Shown piece after piece: positions 52,727 through 62,370 of a DNA stretch of 64,000 bases. Below the pieces are notes generated by a model. The model was not told the DNA's origin, searched no databases, and saw only the letters and a program-made list of their open reading frames with translations. Position 1 is the first letter of the stretch, and every line of letters begins with the position of its first letter. The translations under genes were made by a program, and so were the position numbers. Origin of the DNA: Microgenomates group bacterium (GTDB taxonomy: Bacteria; Patescibacteriota; Microgenomatia; UBA1406; GWC2-37-13); contig JARYMT010000001.1 in NCBI GenBank assembly GCA_029906985.1, forward strand, positions 67,223-131,222, in the 5' to 3' direction.

Positions 52727-53170
52727 ATGCCTATCTTCATTGGCGCTGACCATCGCGGTTTTGATTTAAAAAATAAGCTTATTGAATATCTTCAAGAAAA
52801 TAATATCCGCGTCGAAGATATGGGTAATTATGATTACGACCCTCAAGATGACTATCCTGAATTTGCTAAAAAAGTGGCTCAAGCGGTTTTGCAAAATCCC
52901 CATGACTCGTTGGGAATTATTATTTGTGGTTCGGGTGTTGGCGTTGCTATCGCCGCCAATCGCTTCAAAGGAATCCGCTGCGGAGTTGGTTTTAACGAGG
53001 CTCAAGTAAAGCATATTCGAGAAAATGATAATATCAATGTTTTGGCTTTGCCCTCTGATTTTATCACTTTTGATCAGGCAAAAAAATTAGTCGATGTTTT
53101 TCGGCGAACCGAAGCAAAAAAAGAAGAAAAATACTCTCGTCGACGAAAAATGCTTGATGAATTAATTTAA
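52727..53170 (+). CDS. rpiB: ribose-5-phosphate isomerase B (RpiB/LacA/LacB family)
   Basis: MPIFIGADHRGFDLKNKLIEYL, GIIICGSGVGVAIAANR, GVGFNE motifs. ATG 52727 preferred over the track start at 52700. Confidence 0.85.
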   Translation: MPIFIGADHRGFDLKNKLIEYLQENNIRVEDMGNYDYDPQDDYPEFAKKVAQAVLQNPHDSLGIIICGSGVGVAIAANRFKGIRCGVGFNEAQVKHIRENDNINVLALPSDFITFDQAKKLVDVFRRTEAKKEEKYSRRRKMLDELI

Positions 53171-53583
53171 ACTCTATTATTAACCAAGTCATCGGCTACT
53201 TTATTTTTTTCTCTGGGAATCAAATGATAGCTTATCGGTATATTTATTTCCTGCTCAAGAATCCTAATTTTAAAAATAAATTCGCGAATTTTAGCATTTT
53301 TTACTTTAAATAAGCCGTTTAATTGATTGACTAATAAGCTTGAATCAGAATACAACTCAATTTTTGATATTTTTGTCCATGGAACGATAGGTCTTTGACC
53401 AAGATTTTTAATTTTCTCAAGGGCAGTAATGACTGCCTGATATTCTGCTTCGTTATTGGTTTTAATTCCAATATCTTCTCGATAAGAAAAAATTTTCTTT
53501 TCCTCGAGATAAAAAACCATCCCAATTGAGGCTGGACCGGGATTGCCTTTAGCTCCACCGTCGGTATAGATTTTAAGAATCAT
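53167..53583 (-). CDS. rnhA: ribonuclease HI
   Basis: IYTDGGAKGNPGPASIG, NNEAEYQAVITAL, YSDSSLLVNQL, ...NKVADDL follow the DEDD RNase H1 pattern. Confidence 0.85.
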   Translation of the reverse strand: MILKIYTDGGAKGNPGPASIGMVFYLEEKKIFSYREDIGIKTNNEAEYQAVITALEKIKNLGQRPIVPWTKISKIELYSDSSLLVNQLNGLFKVKNAKIREFIFKIRILEQEINIPISYHLIPREKNKVADDLVNNRV

Positions 53584-53591
53584 AAAAAAAT

Positions 53592-54659
53592 TTAAATACC
53601 TATTTTAAATTCCAAAACATCTTTATCGGCAACCAAATAATCTTTTCCGTGAAGGCCAATTTTTCCTAATTCTTTGGCTTTGTGCCACGAACCAATCTTA
53701 ATTAATTCTTCCGCATTAATTGCCTCTACTTTAATAAATTTTTGGGCAAAATCAGAATGAACTTTGCCAGCGGCGGCGACTGCTTTTGCTCCCCGACTTA
53801 AAGGCCAAGCTCTCGCCTCATTTCTTTTGGCAATCGTATAAAAAGTAATTAAATCTAAGGCCTGGTAACAACTTAGTATCAGATTTTCTTTGGCGGGTTT
53901 TTCCAAGCCATATTCTTTAAGAAATTTGGTTTGATCGGCCGGCGGCAGTTGACAAATTTCCGCCTCCAGCCGGGCGCAGATAGATAAAATTGGTTGATTA
54001 TTAAACTTTTTTGGCGGGCCGGCAATTTCTTTTTCATCAATATTGGCTAAAATAAGTTGTTTTTTAAAACTTAACAAATTAAGCGATTTAACTATATTTT
54101 CTTCTTCTTCTGCCAAGCTGGGTTTGACCGCCGCGGTCAAAAAGGGATGGCCCGGAGGCGCTTGATTTAAATGATTGATTAATTTTTTGATAATTTCTTT
54201 TTGTTTATCAGTTAATTTTTCCTTTTTCAATTTTTTCTCCAAATTTTCCAAATCGGCAAGAATTAATTCCTGATTAACAATCGCCAGATCTTCTTTCGGA
54301 TCAACATTACTATGAACATGGGGGACGTCGGGGTTTTTAAAAAATCTTAAAACATGCAAAATCAAATCGACTTCCCGAATATGATGCAAAAATTGATTGC
54401 CTAAACCCTCACCTTGATGAGCCCCTTTAATCAAACCGGCGATATCGATAAAAGTAATTGTTGTTGGAGTAACTTTTTTGATTTTTTCAATTTCTGCCAG
54501 TTTAAATAAAATCGGGTCGGGGACTTCAACCACGCCGATATTTTTATCAATGGTGGTAAAAGGGTGAATCGCCACCGCCGCTTTTGTCCCCGAAACCAGA
54601 GCATTAAACAAAGTGGATTTTCCGGCATTAGGCAGACCGACAATTCCGATTTTTAACAT
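53592..54659 (-). CDS. ychF: redox-regulated ribosome-binding ATPase YchF
   Basis: MLKIGIVGLPNAGKSTLFNAL, DIAGLIKGAHQGEGLGNQFL, C-terminal TGS-like ..AWPLSRGAKAVAAAGKVHSDF.. Confidence 0.9.
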   Translation of the reverse strand: MLKIGIVGLPNAGKSTLFNALVSGTKAAVAIHPFTTIDKNIGVVEVPDPILFKLAEIEKIKKVTPTTITFIDIAGLIKGAHQGEGLGNQFLHHIREVDLILHVLRFFKNPDVPHVHSNVDPKEDLAIVNQELILADLENLEKKLKKEKLTDKQKEIIKKLINHLNQAPPGHPFLTAAVKPSLAEEEENIVKSLNLLSFKKQLILANIDEKEIAGPPKKFNNQPILSICARLEAEICQLPPADQTKFLKEYGLEKPAKENLILSCYQALDLITFYTIAKRNEARAWPLSRGAKAVAAAGKVHSDFAQKFIKVEAINAEELIKIGSWHKAKELGKIGLHGKDYLVADKDVLEFKIGI

Positions 54660-54677
54660 AGCAAAAATTATAACAGA

Positions 54678-55352
54678 TTAGTTTGAATTCATTTTTCTTA
54701 AAAAAAGCTGGCGGTGAAAGGGGGTGGGCCCGTGTTTTTTGATGGCTAAGCGATGTTTTAAAGTGCCGTATCCTTTGTTCTTTTCCCAAAAGTAATGAGG
54801 AAATTGACGGCTAAGTTTTATCATCAGCCGGTCGCGCTCAACTTTAGCGATAATTGAGGCGGCGGCAATCGATATTGATTTTTGGTCGCCTTTGATAATT
54901 GCCTTTTGATTTTTCAAACCGACACCCTTTATATATTTAAACCAAAAACCATCGATTAAAAGAAAAATTTTTTTATTCTTTAATCTCTGTTTTATTAAGA
55001 AAATTAATTTTCTGATTGCTAAAGCTTCGGCTTTTTGTAATCCAAGTTTATCAATTTTTTTCGGCTCGATGTTTAAGCTTTTGGCAATTATGGCCTCTTT
55101 TTTGATTAATTGATAAAGCATTTGCCTTTTTGGCAAAGAAAGACGTTTGGAATCATCCACTTCCAAACCTTCTAAAAACTTTTGTTTGTCTTTATTTCTA
55201 ATCATGGGAAAGATCACTCCAGCAACTGTCAAAGGCCCTGCCAAAGCCCCTCGCCCTACCTCATCGATCCCAATAGCAAAAAATTTTTTTTGCCATAATT
55301 TTTTTTCTTCTTTAAAATCAGGCAGTTTTTTTGCCATTTTTTTATTTAGCAA
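54678..55352 (-). CDS. rnhB: ribonuclease HII
   Basis: GIDEVGRGALAGPLTVAGV, DDSKRLS, ASIIAKVERD motifs. Confidence 0.9.
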   Translation of the reverse strand: MLNKKMAKKLPDFKEEKKLWQKKFFAIGIDEVGRGALAGPLTVAGVIFPMIRNKDKQKFLEGLEVDDSKRLSLPKRQMLYQLIKKEAIIAKSLNIEPKKIDKLGLQKAEALAIRKLIFLIKQRLKNKKIFLLIDGFWFKYIKGVGLKNQKAIIKGDQKSISIAAASIIAKVERDRLMIKLSRQFPHYFWEKNKGYGTLKHRLAIKKHGPTPFHRQLFLRKMNSN

Positions 55353-55416
55353 TAATTAACAACCCAAGACACACCTCGTAGGTGTGTTAATTGTATTGTA
55401 AAATATTATTAAAAAA

Positions 55417-56157
55417 ATGGCGAAGATTTTTATTGGCACTTCCGGCTTCTTTTATCCTCATTGGCAAGATATTTTTTACCCTCTTGGTCTAAAAAAAGAA
55501 GATTTTTTTTCTTTTTATTGTCGCTATTTTACAACTGTCGAAATTAATTCGTCTTTTTACCGACTCCCCCAAACAAAAATTGTTGAAAATTGGTTTAATC
55601 GGGCACCGAAAAATTTTGTTTTTTCTTTTAAAATGTCAAGAACTATTACCCATTTAAAAAAATTAGTTTTTGATTCTGTTGGTTTAAGTTTTTTAAATAA
55701 TTTTTTCCGCGTTCTTAAACCTCTAGAAAAATCAGCCAATCGTCATTTGATCCTTTTTCAACTGCCCCCTTTTTTAAAAGCCAACCCGAAAAAATTAAAT
55801 AAAATCTTTTCTCTCCTTCCTAAAAATTTTCTTTATGCTTTTGAATTTCGTCATTCAAGTTGGTTTGACAAGGCTATTTATAAAGTTCTGAAAAAATATA
55901 ATACGGCGGTTGTTTTATCTGATAATCCCGGCCTTTGGCCAAAAATTAATATAGAAACCGCTAATTTTTTTTACCTCCGTCTCCACGGCTCAAAAGAACT
56001 TTTTACTTCCTCCTACACTGATAATGAACTAAATTTTTATGCAAAATTAATGAAAAATAAATTCAAAAAAGGTCTTGATGTTTTTTGCTATTTTAACAAT
56101 GATGCTGGCGGCGCAGCCGTGGTTAATGCTCAAAAATTAAGCAGGCTGGTGCTGTAG
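55417..56157 (+). CDS. DUF72 (UPF0759) family protein
   Basis: IGTSGFFYPHWQDIFYP, TVEINSSFYRLP, FEFRHSSW, YLRLHG motifs. Confidence 0.8.
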   Translation: MAKIFIGTSGFFYPHWQDIFYPLGLKKEDFFSFYCRYFTTVEINSSFYRLPQTKIVENWFNRAPKNFVFSFKMSRTITHLKKLVFDSVGLSFLNNFFRVLKPLEKSANRHLILFQLPPFLKANPKKLNKIFSLLPKNFLYAFEFRHSSWFDKAIYKVLKKYNTAVVLSDNPGLWPKINIETANFFYLRLHGSKELFTSSYTDNELNFYAKLMKNKFKKGLDVFCYFNNDAGGAAVVNAQKLSRLVL

Positions 56158-56261
56158 TGGTGCTCCAAAATATCGACCTACAAAACTTTTTTGCTCTGCT
56201 TAACTTTCCATAAGAAACTGTGTTTGTCGGAAAAGCGGCTGTTTAACAAGTTTAAAAAAAT

Positions 56262-57347
56262 TTATAAAATAATCTGGTATCGGCCGTTTTGATTTTTTTG
56301 GACAATTCCTTTTATTTCAAGAGCCGAAAGCAAATTTAAAATTATGTTGACAGAAATTTTAGTTTCTTCGACTAGCTCGTCGACCAATTTAGGTTGGAAT
56401 TTTAATCGCTTGTAAATTTCTTTTTCTTTTGGAGTCAGCTTGGCTTCGGTTTCTTTGGTTTTTTGGGGCAAAAATCGCAAATTAAATTCTTCTAAAATAT
56501 CTTCAACCGAAGTCACCAGTTTGGCGCCCTGCTTTAACAGGATGTTGGGAGCCTCTGACATTTGAGAAGTAATTGGTCCCGGTGTGGCGAAAACTACTCT
56601 TCCTTGTTCGGCCGCATAACGGGCGGTAATTAAAGATCCAGAATCCCTCGCTCCTTCGACCACTAAAACTCCTTTTACTAAACCGGAAATAATTCTGTTT
56701 CTGGCGATAAAAAGGCCTTTTAAAACCGTTTGGCCCGGCGGAAATTCCGAGATAATCAAACTTCTTTTTTTTATAATTTCTTGATAAAGTTGAAAGTTTA
56801 AGGCCGGATAAACAATATCTACCCCGCAGCCCAAAACCGCGATTGTTTTTGCTTTAGCTTCTAAAGCTGCCCGATGGGCTAAAGCATCAATCCCCAACGC
56901 CATTCCTGAAACAATATTAAAACCAGCAGCTCCTAAGTCGGCCGTCAGCTTTCTCACTATTTGTTCACCATAACTCGTTGGTCTTCTGGTGCCAACTATT
57001 GCCAAAAAAAACTCTTTTTCAAAATCAAAAAACTCCACATTGCCCTTGATATATAAACAAATTGGCGGGTCGCTGATATTTTTTAAAGTTGGCGGATATC
57101 TTTTGTTGTCGCAATCAATGACAGTAATATTTTTTTCTCGAAGCTCTTTTAATTTTTTTTGACTATCGAAATGTCGACGAAAATGGATAAATTTTTCTGT
57201 CAGTGAATTGCCCAAAATTTCTTTTAGGTCTTTTTGTTTTGCCCAGTAACCTTTATCAACTTGCCCAAATTTATCTTTAATCGCCTTAAATTTCATTGGT
57301 CCGATGCCTAAAAAATGCGAAAAAGCCAGATAAGATAAATTAGTCAT
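56262..57347 (-). CDS. dprA: DNA-processing protein DprA (Smf)
   Basis: LAIVGTRRPTSYG, SGMALGIDALAHRAAL, VLGCGVDIVYP, RNRIISGL, C-terminal winged-helix-like tail. Confidence 0.9.
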   Translation of the reverse strand: MTNLSYLAFSHFLGIGPMKFKAIKDKFGQVDKGYWAKQKDLKEILGNSLTEKFIHFRRHFDSQKKLKELREKNITVIDCDNKRYPPTLKNISDPPICLYIKGNVEFFDFEKEFFLAIVGTRRPTSYGEQIVRKLTADLGAAGFNIVSGMALGIDALAHRAALEAKAKTIAVLGCGVDIVYPALNFQLYQEIIKKRSLIISEFPPGQTVLKGLFIARNRIISGLVKGVLVVEGARDSGSLITARYAAEQGRVVFATPGPITSQMSEAPNILLKQGAKLVTSVEDILEEFNLRFLPQKTKETEAKLTPKEKEIYKRLKFQPKLVDELVEETKISVNIILNLLSALEIKGIVQKNQNGRYQIIL

Positions 57348-57495
57348 TTTTTATTGTCAAAAATAATAAATTTCGCTAAAAAATTCGTTGCCAGTTTTTC
57401 TGGAACCTCTCACTATTTTAAAACAGATGATAAAAAAAGTCTGTCGACTATAATCGACAAAATTATTGTTTTTTTGATTGTAGTAAAATAATTTT

Positions 57496-58155
57496 ATGCA
57501 AATCGTCCCGGCTATTTTGGAAAAAACTCCCCAGGATTTTAAAAGACAAATAGACCGTCTTCGTCCTTATTTTAATTACTTTCAAATTGATGTTGCCGAC
57601 GGGCTGTTTGTCCCAAATAAAACTTTAATCATTGAAAAAATTATTTCCTCGTTAATAACTACTGATTCCCGCTTGGTTTTTGATTTTCACCTGATGGTTA
57701 AAAATTATGAGGAAGAAATTAAAAAGTTAGTTTCTTTTAAGAAAAGAGTTAATCTTAAAAATGTTTTTGTCCATTATTCTTTGTTTCCCAAATACCTGGT
57801 TCTTAAAAGTCGTTATCGTTTTATTACTATCGGCTTAGTTATCAATCCCGAAGATCAGATCAGTGATTTAGAGCAAAAATATGATCTAAAATCTATTGAC
57901 GTTCTCCAAATTATGTCAGTTAAGCCAGGCTTTCAGGGACAACCTTTTATCCCCAAAACGCTCAATAAAATTGAGCGGTTAAGAAAGCTTGGTTATAGGA
58001 ATAAAATTTATCTGGATGGGGGGATAAATGAAAAAACTCTCCCGATTATTTTGAAAAAAAAATATCAACCGGATGTTTTATGTGTTGGTGGTTTCTTAAC
58101 AAAGAATACCAATTTAGAAAATAAACTTCGGGTATTTAAAAAAAATTATGGATAA
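57496..58155 (+). CDS. ribulose-phosphate 3-epimerase-like TIM-barrel protein
   Basis: IVPAIL...FQIDVADGLFVPN, MSVKPGFQGQPF, LDGGIN resemble the Rpe family, but the protein is divergent. Confidence 0.55.
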   Translation: MQIVPAILEKTPQDFKRQIDRLRPYFNYFQIDVADGLFVPNKTLIIEKIISSLITTDSRLVFDFHLMVKNYEEEIKKLVSFKKRVNLKNVFVHYSLFPKYLVLKSRYRFITIGLVINPEDQISDLEQKYDLKSIDVLQIMSVKPGFQGQPFIPKTLNKIERLRKLGYRNKIYLDGGINEKTLPIILKKKYQPDVLCVGGFLTKNTNLENKLRVFKKNYG

Positions 58156-59885
58156 AATAGGTTAATAAACCTCGGGTTTTTAAAGAAGGTAATTATATCG
58201 CTTCCGCTCCACTTTCCATCTTGGTTAAAATCTAAAGGAATCATTTTTTCAAACCTCACCTGATTGGCCTCTTTTTTTTGAAAAGTAATAAAAGCCTGGC
58301 GCGGTAAATAATATGGTTTAAGGATGACCACGCGGTATTTTTTGCCAAAAGCGATATTTTGAATGTCTTTGATTTCTCCAAAACTTTTTTGAATTTTTAC
58401 ATTTTTTTTCCGGAAAACCATTTCCTCTTTCTGATCAAAAATTTGAATTTCGAAATCTTCTCCTTCTGTCGTTAATTTTGGATAAAGATTGACTTTAATT
58501 TTAAGGCTTGGGAGAGGAAAAATTTCCAACAACCATGGCCGACTTTCTAAAATTTTCTCTTTGTTTTTAAAAAGAGCGATTTTTGCCGCTTTTTTGCCCA
58601 AATTCCCATTGGTTTTAAAATATAAGTCTACCTCGGTCTCGTCAAAGGGTTTGAGTTTGTTTAAGTCGCTGATGATATAACGATCATAGGGAAAATCCGT
58701 CAACTGTAAAGTATAACCAGCTTCTTTATCCCAAAATCCCTGACCAAAATTTTTTATTTTAAAAGTTAAGTGATAATTTGAATGGGCAACAATTTCTTTG
58801 GGAAAATCAGCAATAATAATGCCTTTTTCCTCCTGCTCTGGCTCGCCTTTAACCTTGGTTATTGATTGAACGCTAAAATATTGAGGGAAAAAAATCTCTT
58901 GATCAGAAACAATTGATGAGGGAAGTTTCCAAGAAAATCCCAAAAAAGGCGGTCCCTGATAATCAAAAACAAAAGGAGTGACCGCCATCACCCGACCATC
59001 GGGTAGCCAAACATTTTCATAAGCCAGACGAAAATTTTGGGCAATTGTTTCTCGGGAAAGTTTATCAGCGCTCCAGCCAGTCTCGGTGATAAAAACCGGT
59101 AGATCTTTAGCCACACCAAGACTTTTTAATAAAGACAGCTCCCATAAATAGGTTCTTATTGTCCCTCTTCCTTGATCCCAGGGGCTACCGGAAAAACCGG
59201 GATTAGGATATGAGTGGGAACTCCAACCATTAATTAAATCATTATTTATACATTCGATAAGATTTAAACAATTGGATCGGCCATCAGAAGAAGAATCTCC
59301 GAGGGGACTAAGTAGTGCTTTTTCTAAAAATAATTTTTCATCTTCGAAAACCGGCGGACTTTGGGGCGCAGACGCATCCAACCCGGCCAACATCACAAAA
59401 AAATCCGGATTTTTTTCTTTCAATTTTTTAATAAACTCAAAAGCTACTTGAGCATAATCTTCGGCATCAACCTCTCCGCCCCATTCAGAACCATGATTGG
59501 GCTCATTAAAAAGAACAAGATAACGATTTTTTACCACCCAGTTCAATGAGGCTAAAAAATTGGCCCAATTTTCTGCCTCTTCTTTTTTTGGTCTTCGCCA
59601 AACCTCACCTTCAGGCTCAGTCGCCAAACGGACAATTGGGATTAAATGTTTTTCCCGAAGCAGATCAAAAATTTCTTGCCATTTTTTAATATTTCTATCA
59701 TTTTCTTGAATAATAACCGTCACATATCCCCAGTCGCCTCCTGACGAATTAACCAATTCTTTTATTGATTGTAAATCATTAAGATGCGGCTGGGCCAGAT
59801 GAATTCCCACTTTATTGTTGGCCGCCGCCAAAACCGAAACCGGCAATAAAAGCAAAATCAATAATAAGCCTAGACGATAAATCAT
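58146..59885 (-). CDS. secreted clan GH-A-like glycoside hydrolase with C-terminal beta-rich region and a dockerin/EF-hand-like loop
   Basis: Signal peptide MIYRLGLLLILLLLPVSVLAAA. LFNEPNHGSEW (acid/base-like) and VFITETGW (nucleophile-like). C-terminal LDFNQDGKWSGSDIITF resembles a single dockerin-type Ca-binding loop. Confidence 0.5.
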   Translation of the reverse strand: MIYRLGLLLILLLLPVSVLAAANNKVGIHLAQPHLNDLQSIKELVNSSGGDWGYVTVIIQENDRNIKKWQEIFDLLREKHLIPIVRLATEPEGEVWRRPKKEEAENWANFLASLNWVVKNRYLVLFNEPNHGSEWGGEVDAEDYAQVAFEFIKKLKEKNPDFFVMLAGLDASAPQSPPVFEDEKLFLEKALLSPLGDSSSDGRSNCLNLIECINNDLINGWSSHSYPNPGFSGSPWDQGRGTIRTYLWELSLLKSLGVAKDLPVFITETGWSADKLSRETIAQNFRLAYENVWLPDGRVMAVTPFVFDYQGPPFLGFSWKLPSSIVSDQEIFFPQYFSVQSITKVKGEPEQEEKGIIIADFPKEIVAHSNYHLTFKIKNFGQGFWDKEAGYTLQLTDFPYDRYIISDLNKLKPFDETEVDLYFKTNGNLGKKAAKIALFKNKEKILESRPWLLEIFPLPSLKIKVNLYPKLTTEGEDFEIQIFDQKEEMVFRKKNVKIQKSFGEIKDIQNIAFGKKYRVVILKPYYLPRQAFITFQKKEANQVRFEKMIPLDFNQDGKWSGSDIITFFKNPRFINLFYP

Positions 59886-59983
59886 AATAATAAAATAACA
59901 AATTTAAATTATTAATCTGGAGTTGTTTTTCTTAATTGTTGATAATTTGCGTTTATTAATTATTTAAAATAAGTTGCTTTAAG

Positions 59984-60475
59984 TTACTTGCCCTTCAGCC
60001 AGACGACAGCTATTTTAGCTTTTTTAAGGAGAGCCAACCCTCCTTCTTCATGAAATTTTTCTTGATAAACCACTCTTTTTATCCCGGAATTGATAATCAT
60101 TTTGGCGCAGCTGGAACAGGGAGCGTTGGTGGTGTAAAGAGTGCCGCCGTTGGTGGAAATCCCCAGATAAGCCGCCTGAATAATGGCGTTTTGCTCGGCA
60201 TGAATACAAATACAGCTCTCTTCATACTCATACCAGTCTATCTTCCCCTCGTCTCTTTTTTTACAGCGTTCGCAGCCTCCCTCGGAACAATTTTTTATCC
60301 CGTGCGGGGTGCCATTGTAACCGGTAGCAATGATGCGCAAATCCTTGACAATCAGGGCGCCGACCCGCCGCCTGGTGCAGTCCGCCCGACTTCTGACCAC
60401 TTTTGCCAATTTCATAAAATATTCATCCCAAGTCGGTCTTAAAATTTTTTTCATATTTTCATAATTTATAGCCAA
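59984..60475 (-). CDS. comEB: deoxycytidylate (dCMP) deaminase
   Basis: Zinc motifs HAEQNAI and PCSSCAKMI. Size and context fit dCMP deaminase. Confidence 0.85.
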   Translation of the reverse strand: MAINYENMKKILRPTWDEYFMKLAKVVRSRADCTRRRVGALIVKDLRIIATGYNGTPHGIKNCSEGGCERCKKRDEGKIDWYEYEESCICIHAEQNAIIQAAYLGISTNGGTLYTTNAPCSSCAKMIINSGIKRVVYQEKFHEEGGLALLKKAKIAVVWLKGK

Positions 60476-60941
60476 TTTTTCTTAAAAATTCTTTTCTTTC
60501 TTTTTTGTCTTTCTCGTCTTCAACGGCTTTTGGCGAACCGCCATCAATTACCCCTAAAATTCCCCTTCCTTGTTTGGTTTGGGCGACAATTACTTCCACA
60601 GGGTTGGCAGTGGCACAATAAACATTGACAATCTCCGAAACATTTTTTAACCGATTTAAAATATTGATTGGAAAAACATTTTTAAAAAAAATAAAAAGTG
60701 AGTGGCCGCAGCCGATTTTTTTTGCATTGTTAATTGCTAGTTTAATCATCTCTTCATCAGTCCCTTGATAACGAATCTTTCGCGGCCCCGAGGACTCGCA
60801 AAAAGCCAAACCAAATTTAATTCCCGGGACTGCTTCAACCAATGTCTCATAAACATCCTCTACGGTTTTGATAAAATGTCCCTGGGCTAAAATAAAATTT
60901 ACCTCGGCGGGTTTATTTATTGATATCGTTTTAAATTTCAT
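60459..60941 (-). CDS. adenosine-specific kinase family (PF04008-like) protein
   Basis: NFILAQGHFIKTVEDVYETLVEAVPGIKFGLAFCESSGP matches my recollection of this family. Overlaps the downstream gene by 17 nt. Confidence 0.6.
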   Translation of the reverse strand: MKFKTISINKPAEVNFILAQGHFIKTVEDVYETLVEAVPGIKFGLAFCESSGPRKIRYQGTDEEMIKLAINNAKKIGCGHSLFIFFKNVFPINILNRLKNVSEIVNVYCATANPVEVIVAQTKQGRGILGVIDGGSPKAVEDEKDKKERKEFLRKIGYKL

Positions 60942-61107
60942 AAATTAATTATACAATAATTTTTTATAACCAAATAAAAATATGACCATAATAATCTAAA
61001 ATTAAAAATTTTGGTTAGATAATTTATCAGTTTTTTTTATTTATTAATTAGCGTTTTTAATTAGGTTATTAATTAATAAATAATAAATTTAGTAAAATAT
61101 AGATAAC

Positions 61108-61181
61108 GGAGTGTAGTTCAGATGGCTAGAACGTCAGGCTGGGGGTCTGAAGGTCGCCGGTTCAAGTCCGGCCACTCCGAC
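61108..61181 (+). tRNA. tRNA-Pro (anticodon GGG), CCA not encoded
   Basis: Manual cloverleaf. Acceptor CGGAGTG/CACTCCG plus discriminator A. D arm GTTC-AGATGGCTA-GAAC. Anticodon arm TCAGG-CTGGGGG-TCTGA (anticodon GGG, G37). Variable loop AGGTC. T arm GCCGG-TTCAAGT-CCGGC. Confidence 0.9.
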
Positions 61182-61380
61182 TATTCTAAGCATTGCCAAT
61201 TTTATGGGCCTTATCCGCGATACGAAGCTTGGATCGCCAGGAGGTTTATGCTCTCATCGGGGCAGAAATTCTTGTTAAAAAAAATTTACCCTTCATTTAG
61301 TAAATTACAATCAGAGTTTTTTAAAAACATTAACTATAACAGTATAAAAAAATATAAAAACGCCCTATCAAACCCACTAA

Positions 61381-61415
61381 AAAACTCACTACAATTAATT
61401 AATTAATTGTAGTGA
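61381..61415 (-). terminator. intrinsic terminator of pyrH (A/T palindrome plus T-tract)
   Basis: Perfect palindrome CACTACAATTAATTAATTAATTGTAGTG (61388-61415), followed on the minus strand by AGTTTTTT. Confidence 0.5.
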
Positions 61416-61525
61416 AATTGGGAGTTGGTTTATTAAAAATTAATATGTTTTTTTATTGATTTAAACAATTAAAGAATTGTTTAAATTGTACAAATAAATT
61501 CTAAGGGAGTTTTTGAAATAATTAT

Positions 61526-62239
61526 TTAGCAGATGGTGGTTCCAACCTTTTCTCCCATGACTGCTTTTTTGAGAGCGCCTTTTTCGTAGATATTAAAAAC
61601 CACGATGTGAATTTTGTTGTCGCGGCACAATGAAATTGCCGCTTTATCAATTACCTGAATTTTATCGTCTTTAAAAGCTTCTTCAAAGCTTAAATAATCA
61701 TATTTTTTTGCCTCCGGGTTTTTAATTGGATCTTCGTGATAGACGCCACTGACTTTTGTCGCCTTAAAAACCGCTTCACATTTCAATTCCAAAGCCCGCA
61801 TCGCTGCTGTCGTATCGGTGGTAATAAAAGGCAGGCCTGTTCCTCCACCTAAAATAACAACTCTTTTTTTCTCTAGATGCCTGACCGCTCTTCTTCGAAT
61901 AAAAGGCTCGGCCACCTGCTCCATTTTTATCGCCGTCATCAGTCGGGTTTGGACGCCAACTCTTTCCAAAACCTCCTGTAGCGCCATGGCATTGAAAATT
62001 GTCGCCAGCATTCCCATATAGTCGCCGGTCGCCCGATCCATACCCTGTTTGCTGGCCGCCAAACCACGGAAAATATTGCCGCCGCCGGAAACAATCGCCA
62101 CCTCAACTCCAATCTCATAAATTTCTTTAATCTCATTGGCTAAATATAAAAGAAAGTCCGGATCAATGCCAAATTCCTTTTTGCCTTTGAGAGCTTCACC
62201 TGATAATTTAAGAAGGATCCTTTTGTATTTTGGTTTCAT
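61526..62239 (-). CDS. pyrH: UMP kinase
   Basis: KRILLKLSGEAL, VSGGGNIFRG, GDYMGMLATIFNA, ILGGGTGLPFITTDTTAA motifs. Confidence 0.95.
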   Translation of the reverse strand: MKPKYKRILLKLSGEALKGKKEFGIDPDFLLYLANEIKEIYEIGVEVAIVSGGGNIFRGLAASKQGMDRATGDYMGMLATIFNAMALQEVLERVGVQTRLMTAIKMEQVAEPFIRRRAVRHLEKKRVVILGGGTGLPFITTDTTAAMRALELKCEAVFKATKVSGVYHEDPIKNPEAKKYDYLSFEEAFKDDKIQVIDKAAISLCRDNKIHIVVFNIYEKGALKKAVMGEKVGTTIC

Positions 62240-62370
62240 ATCGTTTTTTAATCATAGCAAAAAAATAAAACCGATGCAAAACTTTTTTGAAAAACTTTCT
62301 TAAAGGAAGAATAAATAATGTAAAATTATTTATCCTCAGCGGTTTTTGTTTTTTTAAATTATAAAAAATT

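Noticed and set aside
61122-61406. 94-aa track ORF downstream of 61108.
   Set aside because: Its first about 60 nt are the tRNA-Pro gene itself. The rest is A/T-rich low-complexity sequence ending in the pyrH terminator palindrome.
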